This document shows positions 25,089 to 32,000 of a DNA stretch of 32,000 bases, in pieces. Under the pieces are notes generated by a model. It saw nothing but the letters and a program-made list of their open reading frames with translations. It did not search any database and was not told the DNA's origin. Source of the stretch: Corynebacterium glutamicum ATCC 13032. GTDB lineage: Bacteria; Actinomycetota; Actinomycetes; Mycobacteriales; Mycobacteriaceae. The translations under genes and the position numbers were made by a program. Position 1 is the stretch's first letter; each line of letters opens with the position of its first letter. The stretch covers positions 2,100,001 to 2,132,000 of the forward strand of contig NC_003450.3 of NCBI RefSeq assembly GCF_000011325.1, in the 5' to 3' direction.

Positions 25089-26048
25089 ATGTTTCAAGGA
25101 CTAAAAGAACTCACCGCAGCAAAAGGCCGCACGCTGCTGATCACCGTCACCGTCGGGCTGATCGCCGTGCTGGTTACTTTCCTCTCTGCCCTCACCGCCG
25201 GGCTTGGCCACCAATCAGTATCCGCACTGAAATACCTAGCGGGTGATAATGAACTTATCCTCGCCGATTCCGGATCCACCACGCTTTCCGCGTCCACGCT
25301 TTCTGATCAAGCAGTTGCCCAACTCGAAGACGAAGGCGCACAGATGCTGTGGCAGGTCCGCGACCGAGTAGCAGACACCCCCACCATGCTCCTCAACTCC
25401 CCTGACCTTGCGCCTGGTGAAGTATCCCTTCCTGCCGAACTCGCTGATTCGGAACTCGCTACTGCGCATGATGTAGTGGATTCTTCCAACGATCTGTACC
25501 TCGATCACCTGCCCGTGGTATTGATGAACACCTCCGATTTAGCCTCACTCGCGCAAGTCCGAGGCGTGACAGGACCAGCAGGCGCATTCGCCTCTGACGT
25601 TGCGCTCCCCTCCGACACCGTTGCGCTCTCTGGATCCGAACGGTGGAACGCATCCGCCTCCTACCAGGGCGAACAGATGTCACTCAACCTCATGATCGTC
25701 ATGCTGTATGTCATCTCCGCACTCGTGCTCGGCGCATTCTTCACCGTCTGGACCATCCAACGCCTCCGCGGCATCGCCATCTCTAGTGCTTTGGGAGCAG
25801 CCCGCCGAGTACTTATCGCCGACGCTCTCGGCCAAGCCATCATCGTCTTAGGAATCGGCATCACCGCAGGCACATTGATCACAGTCATCTCCGCATTCGG
25901 CATGGGAGACGCAATGCCCGTGGTCATCTCCTCCTCCACCACGCTCTTCCCCGCACTTATCCTCGCCGCAGCAGGACTCATCGGTGCCGCCATTTCACTC
26001 GGCCCCATCCTTCGCGTCGAACCACGCTCCGCACTCATGAACGCATAA
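25089..26048 (+). CDS. hrtB: FtsX/MacB-type ABC permease of the haem efflux system
   Basis: 319 aa. N-terminal TM, a large extracytoplasmic domain, then three C-terminal TMs (FtsX-like topology). Immediately followed by a MacB/LolD-type ATPase. The gene name is from context. Confidence 0.8.
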   Translation: MFQGLKELTAAKGRTLLITVTVGLIAVLVTFLSALTAGLGHQSVSALKYLAGDNELILADSGSTTLSASTLSDQAVAQLEDEGAQMLWQVRDRVADTPTMLLNSPDLAPGEVSLPAELADSELATAHDVVDSSNDLYLDHLPVVLMNTSDLASLAQVRGVTGPAGAFASDVALPSDTVALSGSERWNASASYQGEQMSLNLMIVMLYVISALVLGAFFTVWTIQRLRGIAISSALGAARRVLIADALGQAIIVLGIGITAGTLITVISAFGMGDAMPVVISSSTTLFPALILAAAGLIGAAISLGPILRVEPRSALMNA

Positions 26049-26063
26049 GAAAAGGAACCTCAC

Positions 26064-26756
26064 ATGACTCTCCACGTTTCAAATCTCAATCTGACCGTCG
26101 CCGACGGATCCACCTCACGCACCCTGCTCAACAACATCACTTTTGATGTCCAACCAGGCGAAGTCGTCGGTATCACCGGCCCATCCGGCTCCGGAAAATC
26201 CACCCTACTCGCCGTCCTCGGCTGCCTCCAAAGCGCCGATTCCGGCACCGCGACGCTCGGCGACATCGACCTGCTCAACCCCCAAAACCGAGCTGCTTTA
26301 CGACGCAACCACCTAGGAATTGTCTTCCAACAGCCAAACCTGCTCCCCTCGTTGACTGTCCTCGACCAACTGCTGCTCATTCCCCGGCTCGGCAGGATCC
26401 TCCCGCCCAGCCGCAGCGCACGCACCCAACACAAAGACAAAGCCCTTTCACTTCTGAACTCCATCGGACTCGGCGACTTAGCAAAACGCAAGGTCAGCGA
26501 ACTATCCGGTGGACAACAAGCCCGCGTCAACTTGGCCCGCGCGCTGATGAACTCCCCCAAGCTCCTGCTTGTCGATGAACCCACCGCCGCCCTCGATCAA
26601 CATTCCGCCAGCGAAGTCACCGAACTAATCGTCTCGATGGCCCACCAATACAACGCCCCCACACTGTTTGTCAGCCACGACATGGATGCAGTCAACACCC
26701 TTGACCGCAGCATCGAACTTGTCGACGGTCACCTCCTCACACCCCACACCCTGTAG
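26064..26756 (+). CDS. hrtA: ABC ATPase of the haem efflux system (MacB/LolD-like NBD)
   Basis: 230 aa. Walker A GPSGSGKST, Q-loop, signature LSGGQQARV, Walker B LLLVDEPTAALD, H-loop VSHD. AAAGGAA RBS upstream. Confidence 0.88.
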   Translation: MTLHVSNLNLTVADGSTSRTLLNNITFDVQPGEVVGITGPSGSGKSTLLAVLGCLQSADSGTATLGDIDLLNPQNRAALRRNHLGIVFQQPNLLPSLTVLDQLLLIPRLGRILPPSRSARTQHKDKALSLLNSIGLGDLAKRKVSELSGGQQARVNLARALMNSPKLLLVDEPTAALDQHSASEVTELIVSMAHQYNAPTLFVSHDMDAVNTLDRSIELVDGHLLTPHTL

Positions 26757-26771
26757 CCAAACTAAACTGGT

Positions 26772-26807
26772 GTGCCCGCGGATCTCATTTTTTAGATCCG
26801 TGGGCAC
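26772..26807 (+). terminator. Candidate terminator after hrtA
   Basis: 14-bp stem GTGCCCGCGGATCT / AGATCCGTGGGCAC (one G-U pair) with an 8-nt loop. The T-run (GTGTTTTTCTT) begins about 10 nt after the stem, so this is not a textbook arrangement. Confidence 0.5.
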
Positions 26808-26968
26808 TCCTGTCTGGTGTTTTTCTTGATGAGTCCTAATCCGCCATTTAAGAGGTCGAAAATCTGAATGGGTCAAAGTATGGTTCCGACCGTTTGAGTC
26901 GCTCAGAGGCGATTCTGAGCGGTCACTTTTTCCAGGCTCCGGTGCAGTTTTTCTGAAGTCCCGCCACA

Positions 26969-26999
26969 GACCAAACCAGGTGACCGAAAAACTTCCGCC
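26969..26999 (+). repeat. Copy A of a roughly 30-nt repeat unit (core CCAAACCAGGTGACC)
   Basis: GACCAAACCAGGTGACCGAAAAACTTCC. The 15-nt core at 26971-26985 is identical to the cores at 27042-27056 and, inverted, at 27082-27096. Confidence 0.8.
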
Positions 27000-27038
27000 G
27001 ATCGATTTTCGGCCATATAGGACGGTATTGCTCAGCCA

Positions 27039-27099
27039 AAACCAAACCAGGTGACCAAGAATTCCCTCGGGAACTTTTCTTGGTCACCTGGTTTGGTTT
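27039..27099. repeat. Perfect 23-bp inverted repeat (copies B and C of the repeat unit) forming a long hairpin
   Basis: Arms AAACCAAACCAGGTGACCAAGAA (27039-27061) and TTCTTGGTCACCTGGTTTGGTTT (27077-27099) are exact reverse complements. The 15-nt spacer is itself partly self-complementary (TTCCC..GGGAA). Confidence 0.9.
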
Positions 27100-27262
27100 C
27101 CCTCTGCCGCTTCAGGGGGGAACTGTCGAAATAGGCCAAAACCGCCTCCGCAGTCCTAGCTTTTGGTCTCCAATACACATTTCCCGACCGACAAAGTGTC
27201 ATTGCAGACCAAAGACGCCTCGAAAAAGGCGCCTCTTGGTTTAATACTCACGTTCCCCACCA

Positions 27263-27276
27263 GTCATCTGGTTTAG
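27263..27276. repeat. Degenerate inverted copy of the repeat core
   Basis: GTCATCTGGTTTAG matches GTCACCTGGTTTGG at 12 of 14 positions. Confidence 0.5.
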
Positions 27277-27295
27277 TTTACGGAATTTACCCATC

Positions 27296-27330
27296 AAAAA
27301 AGCACCCGACTAACCAAACCAGTCGGGTGC
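27296..27330 (-). terminator. Rho-independent terminator of ispG
   Basis: On the - strand, GCACCCGACT-(9-nt loop GGTTTGGTT)-AGTCGGGTGC followed by TTTTTT, 17 nt after the ispG stop. The loop carries the AACCAAACC motif of the neighbouring repeats. Confidence 0.75.
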
Positions 27331-27346
27331 CTTAATTAACCAAAAC

Positions 27347-28528
27347 TTACTTGGTTACCTTCACTTCAGCCTTCATACCGGAAGCACTTGCTGCAGCGAG
27401 GACTTCTGGGTCCATTTCCTCTGCGATACGCATTGCTTCTTCGATGAGGGTTTCCACGATCTGGGATTCTGGGACAGTCTTGATGACTTCGCCCTTGACA
27501 AAGATCTGGCCCTTGCCGTTACCGGATGCAACACCGAGGTCAGCGTCGCGAGCCTCACCTGGGCCGTTAACAACGCAACCCATGACAGCGACGCGCAGTG
27601 GAACTTCCATGCCGTCGAGTGCTTCGGTGACTTCTTCAGCAAGTGAGTACACATCGACCTGTGCGCGGCCACATGATGGGCAGGACACGATTTCCAGCTT
27701 GCGTGGGCGCAGGTTGAGGGACTGCAGAATCTGGTCGCCAACCTTGATTTCTTCCACTGGGTCAGCAGAAAGAGACACACGGATAGTGTCGCCGATGCCC
27801 TGGGACAGCAGAGCGCCGAATGCTACGGAAGACTTGATTGTTCCCATGAACTTGGGACCAGCTTCAGTAACACCGAGGTGCAGTGGGTAGTCGCTTTGTT
27901 CAGCGAGCTGGCGGTAGGCCTCCACCATGAGTACTGGGTCGGAGTGCTTCACAGAGATTGCGATGTCGCCGAAGCCGTGCTCTTCAAACAGGCCGGCTTC
28001 CCACATTGCGGATTCCACGAGAGCTTCTGGGGTGGCTTTGCCGTGGTATTTGTCCAGGATGCGCTTATCCAGGGATCCGCCGTTGACACCAATACGAATT
28101 GGAATTCCGGCATCGCCTGCAGCTTTTGCTACTTCTTTAACGCGACCATCGAATTCCTTGATGTTGCCTGGGTTCACACGAACGGCGGCGCAACCTGCAT
28201 CGATTGCCGCGAAGATGTACTTGGGCTGGAAGTGGATATCTGCGATCACTGGGATCGGAGACTTCTTTGCGATGATCGGCAGTGCTTCCGCATCAACAGT
28301 CTTTGGGCAGGCAACGCGGACGATGTCACAACCGGTGGCTGTCAACTGTGCGATCTGTTGCAGGGTGCCGTTGATGTCGTGGGTTTTGGTGGTGGTCATC
28401 GACTGGACGGAAATCGGGTGATCCGAACCAACGCCCACTTTGCCGACCATGAGTTGGCGTGTTTTACGACGTGGCGCCAACACTGGAGGTGGGGTCGGAG
28501 GAAGGCCAAGGCCGATTGGGGTAGACAA
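27347..28528 (-). CDS. ispG: 4-hydroxy-3-methylbut-2-enyl diphosphate synthase (MEP pathway, GcpE)
   Basis: IspG sequence throughout, including the C-terminal Cys ligands CPSCGR and [10 protein letters not shown] place the start at the TTG at 28528 ([28 protein letters not shown]) with AGGAG 7 nt upstream. The ORF-track TTG at 28582 adds 18 non-homologous codons. Confidence 0.92.
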   Translation of the reverse strand: MSTPIGLGLPPTPPPVLAPRRKTRQLMVGKVGVGSDHPISVQSMTTTKTHDINGTLQQIAQLTATGCDIVRVACPKTVDAEALPIIAKKSPIPVIADIHFQPKYIFAAIDAGCAAVRVNPGNIKEFDGRVKEVAKAAGDAGIPIRIGVNGGSLDKRILDKYHGKATPEALVESAMWEAGLFEEHGFGDIAISVKHSDPVLMVEAYRQLAEQSDYPLHLGVTEAGPKFMGTIKSSVAFGALLSQGIGDTIRVSLSADPVEEIKVGDQILQSLNLRPRKLEIVSCPSCGRAQVDVYSLAEEVTEALDGMEVPLRVAVMGCVVNGPGEARDADLGVASGNGKGQIFVKGEVIKTVPESQIVETLIEEAMRIAEEMDPEVLAAASASGMKAEVKVTK

Positions 28529-28542
28529 GTTACATGCTCCTA

Positions 28543-28576
28543 GAAAAGGAAGCCGCACAAAGGTCTGTGTGCTTCC
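28543..28576 (-). promoter_or_regulatory. Terminator-like hairpin immediately upstream of the ispG RBS
   Basis: On the - strand, GGAAGC-A-CACA-(GACCTT)-TGTG-CG-GCTTCC followed by TTTT, then CTAGGAG (RBS). A TACAAT hexamer with an upstream TG (GTGATACAAT, - strand; ATTGTA at 28611-28616 on +) lies about 35 nt further upstream. Confidence 0.3.
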
Positions 28577-28665
28577 GGACAACGTTCTGGGTTAAGTCAG
28601 TTATGGCAAAATTGTATCACCGTCACCTCTTTTAACATCGGTGCCGGCAGTTCAATTCCGTATCG

Positions 28666-29880
28666 TTAGCCAAAGAGTCGGATGGGATTGACCACATCGG
28701 CGACAATGACCAGGCCTCCCACTGTCATCAGCAAGGCTGCGACAGCTACGGTGACGGGCATTAGTTTGGTGTAATCCGCTGGGCCGCCCGCTGGTTTTCC
28801 GCGCAGTTTGCGGAAGAAGTCGCGGATTTTTTCATAGATCACCACGGCAATGTGTCCGCCATCAAGTGGTGGCAGCGGCACGAGGTTAAACAGCGCGAGG
28901 AAGAAGTTCAGGCTGGCCAGCATCATCATGAACATGTCCCACATGGAACGTTCGACAAATTCGCCGCCGATGCGTGACGCGCCCACCACACTCATGGGGC
29001 TTTCTACATCTCGTTCTGCACCGAAGATGGATGCGACGACCCCTGGGATTTTCGCCGGGAAGGCTTTGAGGCCATCCCACGTGGCGCTGATCATGTCGCC
29101 GGTGAAACGTGCAGTTGCTCCCACACCCTCGATTGGGCCGTATTTTTTGTACACATCGGTCGGTGGAAGGCTCGACATGCCCACCGCGCCGACGGTAATT
29201 TCTGAACCGTCAGAGGCGAGACGGGTGACAGAGGCAACCTGGAGGTCGACGTCGAAAAGCGTTCCCTCCCGTTCAATCGTCAGCGTTGCCGTTTCGCCTG
29301 GGAGCTCGAGGATCGCATCGCGGATGGCGGTGAAGCTTGCCATCTCTTGGCCGTTGACGGCCAAAATCTTATCGCCGTGCTCAATGCCGGCGTCGCCCGC
29401 TGGGCCTGAACCTACGCAGGAGGACAGTTCAGTTGCGGAAATTTGGGTTTCCGGCACGCACTGAACGGTGTCGACTGTCGCGGTGGTATCCACATCCGGA
29501 TTCGGGATTCCGGAGCTCACCGCCACGCCGTAAAGCACCAAAAAGCCGACGATCAGATTCATGATCACGCCGCCGGAAAGCACAATTATGCGCTGCCACC
29601 AGGGCTTTAGATACATGGCGCGCGGCAGGTCTTCCGGATCAAGTTCATCTTGGGCAGTCATCCCCGCGATGTCACAAAAACCGCCGACCGGAATCGCTTT
29701 AAGGCCGTACACGGTTTCGCCGCGTCTTTTGGCAAACACCGTCGGGCCGAAACCGATGAAGAAACGCCGCACTTTCATTCCGAAAATGCGCGCTGTGATG
29801 AAGTGCCCCCACTCGTGAAGCGCGATGGTTACTGCGATGCCGAGGAAAAATAATACGACACCAAGAAGATAGGCTGCCAC
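28666..29880 (-). CDS. rip1: Site-2 protease, M50 zinc metalloprotease with PDZ domain (RseP/Rip1)
   Basis: 404 aa. HEWGH (HExxH) in TM1, a PDZ-like segment GDAGIEHGDKILAVNGQEM, and the NLVPLPPLDGGH (NxxPxxxLDG) motif. Confidence 0.9.
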   Translation of the reverse strand: MAAYLLGVVLFFLGIAVTIALHEWGHFITARIFGMKVRRFFIGFGPTVFAKRRGETVYGLKAIPVGGFCDIAGMTAQDELDPEDLPRAMYLKPWWQRIIVLSGGVIMNLIVGFLVLYGVAVSSGIPNPDVDTTATVDTVQCVPETQISATELSSCVGSGPAGDAGIEHGDKILAVNGQEMASFTAIRDAILELPGETATLTIEREGTLFDVDLQVASVTRLASDGSEITVGAVGMSSLPPTDVYKKYGPIEGVGATARFTGDMISATWDGLKAFPAKIPGVVASIFGAERDVESPMSVVGASRIGGEFVERSMWDMFMMMLASLNFFLALFNLVPLPPLDGGHIAVVIYEKIRDFFRKLRGKPAGGPADYTKLMPVTVAVAALLMTVGGLVIVADVVNPIRLFG

Positions 29881-29899
29881 GAGGCGGAAGCTCCTTAGC

Positions 29900-31078
29900 T
29901 TACAAGTTGGTTGCCAACCGGTTGATCAAAGCATTCGCACGCGCGCGTGCCTCAGATTCGGTTGCCAAAATATCATCGACGTGTGATGCTACACCAGCAA
30001 ACTGAGAAGCTCCTTGGAGGACCTCGTCCACCACGTCCACGATCTGCGGAAACTTGATTCGCCCGCGCAAAAACGCCTCAGCCGCCTCCTCGTTGGCGGC
30101 GTTATACACCGCGGGGTACGTGCCTTTTTGCTTTGCGACGTGCCTAGCCAGCTGCACCGCAGGGAATGCGGCATCATCCACCGGCTCAAAAGCCCAGGTA
30201 TGAGCAGCGGTGAAATCCAGCGCCGGCTGAGCCTTCGGCACCCGATGTGGCCAATCAAGCGCCAACGCGATCGGCAGTTTCATCGATGGTGGCGACGCCT
30301 GCGCGATGGTCGCACCATCCGTAAACGTGATCATGGAGTGGATGATCGACTGCGGATGCACCGTCACATCAATGAGATCCGCATCCGTTTCAAACAGCAG
30401 GGTCGCCTCGATGAGTTCGAGGCCTTTATTAATAAGGGTGGCGGAGTTCAACGTGTTCATCTGCCCCATCGCCCACGTTGGGTGCGCTGCTGCCTGCTCG
30501 GGAGTCACCTCCCACATCTTCTCCCTGGTCCAGCCCCTGAAAGGTCCGCCCGAAGCTGTCAGCACAATCCGCGCAACCTCATCACGAGTACCCGAACGCA
30601 AACACTGCGCCATGGCAGAGTGCTCCGAATCGACCGGAATGATCTGCCCCAGCTTTGCCTTTGAGGTAACAAACTCACCACCGGCAACCAGCGATTCTTT
30701 GTTAGCCAAGGCAAGATGCGCACCAGATTCCAGAGTGGCCAGCGTTGCCGCAAGCCCCAAAGAACCAACCAGAGCATTAAGCACAGTGTCGGCCTTTGTG
30801 GTTTCCACCAGAATCTTCGCAGCATCGGTTCCAGAGATGATCTCGCCGCCGAGAGCCTTCGAAATTACTGCGGCAGCCTGTGCATCAGCAACCGCAACCT
30901 TGTCTGCAGCCAGCCCCAACTGCTGCGCCTGCGAAATAACGAGGTCTGGCTGAGAACCGCCCGCAGCGATACCCACCACCTCAAACTTGTCTGAATTATC
31001 AGCAATAACGTCCAGCGCCTGAGTTCCAATCGAACCAGTGCTTCCCAAAATAAGGATCTTTTTAGTCACGACTCCCAT
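29900..31078 (-). CDS. dxr: 1-deoxy-D-xylulose-5-phosphate reductoisomerase
   Basis: 392 aa with NADPH-binding [17 protein letters not shown] and Dxr-typical motifs [17 protein letters not shown] and NKGLELIEA. First gene of the dxr-rip1-ispG array. Confidence 0.95.
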   Translation of the reverse strand: MGVVTKKILILGSTGSIGTQALDVIADNSDKFEVVGIAAGGSQPDLVISQAQQLGLAADKVAVADAQAAAVISKALGGEIISGTDAAKILVETTKADTVLNALVGSLGLAATLATLESGAHLALANKESLVAGGEFVTSKAKLGQIIPVDSEHSAMAQCLRSGTRDEVARIVLTASGGPFRGWTREKMWEVTPEQAAAHPTWAMGQMNTLNSATLINKGLELIEATLLFETDADLIDVTVHPQSIIHSMITFTDGATIAQASPPSMKLPIALALDWPHRVPKAQPALDFTAAHTWAFEPVDDAAFPAVQLARHVAKQKGTYPAVYNAANEEAAEAFLRGRIKFPQIVDVVDEVLQGASQFAGVASHVDDILATESEARARANALINRLATNL

Positions 31079-31321
31079 TCTTGCACTTGTTGGGTAAACG
31101 CACCCACTACACCCATTTGGGGCAATCCAAACGGATGGGTTTCAGGTTATGCCTGCATGATGACTGCGAAAGCGCAGTTGGAAACCTCACAACACCACTG
31201 GTTTTTTCGCTTGACCGCGCAAAATATGAGAACATAGTGAGAGTTAAACCAAGTTCTGTAGGTGCTTGTTGCAGCGGGCGCGAAGGCGTACCACTGCAAC
31301 TTGCGAATAAAGGAGTAAAAC

Positions 31322-31765
31322 GTGGCTGGTTCCTCCCACACGATTGAGCCTGAGATCTACCGCGGTGTATCCACCCTTGATGAGCCTTCGGCTGCATGGG
31401 GATGGCACGGTCTCAAGCGCAACACCATCCAACTCGCTGGCTGGATTTCCGTTCTGTTCATGCTTGGATACAACTTCGGTAACCACAAGGGCCACGTTGA
31501 AACCATCTGGCTTCTCGTCATCACCGCCCTTCTGGTCATCGGCCTGCTGATCCACCTGTTCGAGCCAAAGCTCTCCCAGGTTCGCACCATCACTTCCCGC
31601 AACAAGCCTGTCGGCCACGTCGAGCCAGACTGGACCTACGACCAGGCAACCCTCACCGGCACCTGGGGTAACCTCACTGACTCCCAGCTTCGCTCCGTCA
31701 ACATCGAGCCAAGCCGTGTCGCTCACCTGCGTGCTGCAGATTCTGCGAAAGAACTAGACAACTAG
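31322..31765 (+). CDS. DUF2631-type small membrane protein (two TM helices)
   Basis: 147 aa from a GTG with AAAGGAG 6 nt upstream. Contains the WGWHG motif and two hydrophobic helices, as in actinobacterial DUF2631 proteins (assignment from memory). Confidence 0.8.
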   Translation: MAGSSHTIEPEIYRGVSTLDEPSAAWGWHGLKRNTIQLAGWISVLFMLGYNFGNHKGHVETIWLLVITALLVIGLLIHLFEPKLSQVRTITSRNKPVGHVEPDWTYDQATLTGTWGNLTDSQLRSVNIEPSRVAHLRAADSAKELDN

Positions 31766-31777
31766 TTTTTTAAAAAG

Positions 31778-31820
31778 AAAATGCGGGTGCTTCGAGATTT
31801 TCTCGAAGCACCCGCATTTT
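31778..31820. terminator. Bidirectional rho-independent terminator
   Basis: Perfect 20-bp stem AAAATGCGGGTGCTTCGAGA / TCTCGAAGCACCCGCATTTT with a 3-nt loop. An A-tract lies at the 5' side and a T-tract at the 3' side. It sits between the DUF2631 stop and the stop of a convergent ORF. Confidence 0.85.
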
Positions 31821-31821
31821 T

Positions 31822-32000
31822 CTATTTCACGTGAGTTTTCACCTTGTCGAAGATCTCCGGAAGATCCTTCTCCACCTTGCGAATACACACCTTAGCAACG
31901 CCGATGTACACAGCTACTGGGAGAATAATGGCCAGCACCTCCGCGAGGATGATCATCCACATCTGATCGGTAACCAGACCAAAGATACCCAATGCGATAG
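31822..32000 (-). CDS. C-terminal fragment of a membrane protein (truncated by the window edge)
   Basis: The - strand frame is open from the window edge to a TAG at 31822-31824. It translates as ...IALGIFGLVTDQMWMIILAEVLAIILPVAVYIGVAKVCIRKVEKDLPEIFDKVKTHVK, i.e. hydrophobic helices plus a charged tail. No family assignment is possible. Confidence 0.45.
   Translation of the reverse strand, partial: IALGIFGLVTDQMWMIILAEVLAIILPVAVYIGVAKVCIRKVEKDLPEIFDKVKTHVK

Noticed and set aside
26625-26876. 83-aa - strand ORF spanning the hrtA 3' end and the start of the repeat spacer
   Set aside because: It mostly overlaps hrtA antisense, has no RBS or motif, and would read through the hrtA terminator hairpin.
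27878-28543. 221-aa ORF antisense to ispG, and similar antisense ORFs over dxr (30014-30664, 30306-30953) and proS (5810-6589, 7028-7570)
   Set aside because: All lie within strongly supported genes on the opposite strand and lack any recognisable domain.
1-32000. Scan for tRNA/rRNA genes, CRISPR arrays, IS elements, integrases, toxin-antitoxin pairs and defence systems
   Set aside because: No intergenic region has tRNA-like cloverleaf potential or regularly spaced direct repeats. No ORF resembles a transposase, recombinase or nuclease. Every ORF above about 100 aa is accounted for by housekeeping or transport functions.

Overview
This is a high-GC actinobacterial chromosomal segment. Gene content and order match what I recall of the Corynebacterium glutamicum core genome, roughly the cg2181-cg2211 neighbourhood; that comes from memory and cannot be verified here. 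Left to right, the window holds:
- a 4-gene Opp/Dpp-type peptide ABC importer (+);
- proS (-) and yaaA (+);
- a ChlI-like AAA+ ORF followed by a ChlD-type VWA ORF, then cobA (all -);
- selO (+), a tandem-domain VOC/PhnB-like protein (-), mqo (-), an alpha/beta hydrolase (+) and mycothione reductase mtr (+);
- two tandem paralogous small acidic secreted/anchored proteins and a Gly/Ala-rich membrane protein (+);
- map (-) and a penicillin-binding lipoprotein (-);
- the haem-responsive chrSA two-component system (-), divergent from the hrtBA haem exporter (+);
- a 590-bp repeat-rich non-coding spacer;
- the dxr-rip1(rseP)-ispG operon (-), a DUF2631-type membrane protein (+) and a partial membrane-protein ORF at the right edge.

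I saw no tRNA, rRNA, CRISPR array, transposase or integrase. Most of the window is ordinary housekeeping DNA. The items most worth a second look are:
1. The spacer at 26757-27346, which carries a family of CCAAACCAGGTGACC repeats including a perfect 23-bp inverted repeat.
2. The uncharacterised tandem paralog pair at 18736-19498, which shares a conserved C-terminal anchor module.
3. The chelatase gene pair, which looks like one ChlD-type gene split by a frame change in its linker.

Several ORF-track starts are over-extended (proS, yaaA, cobA, mqo, mtr, ispG and others). I re-called them from alignment logic and ribosome-binding sites.
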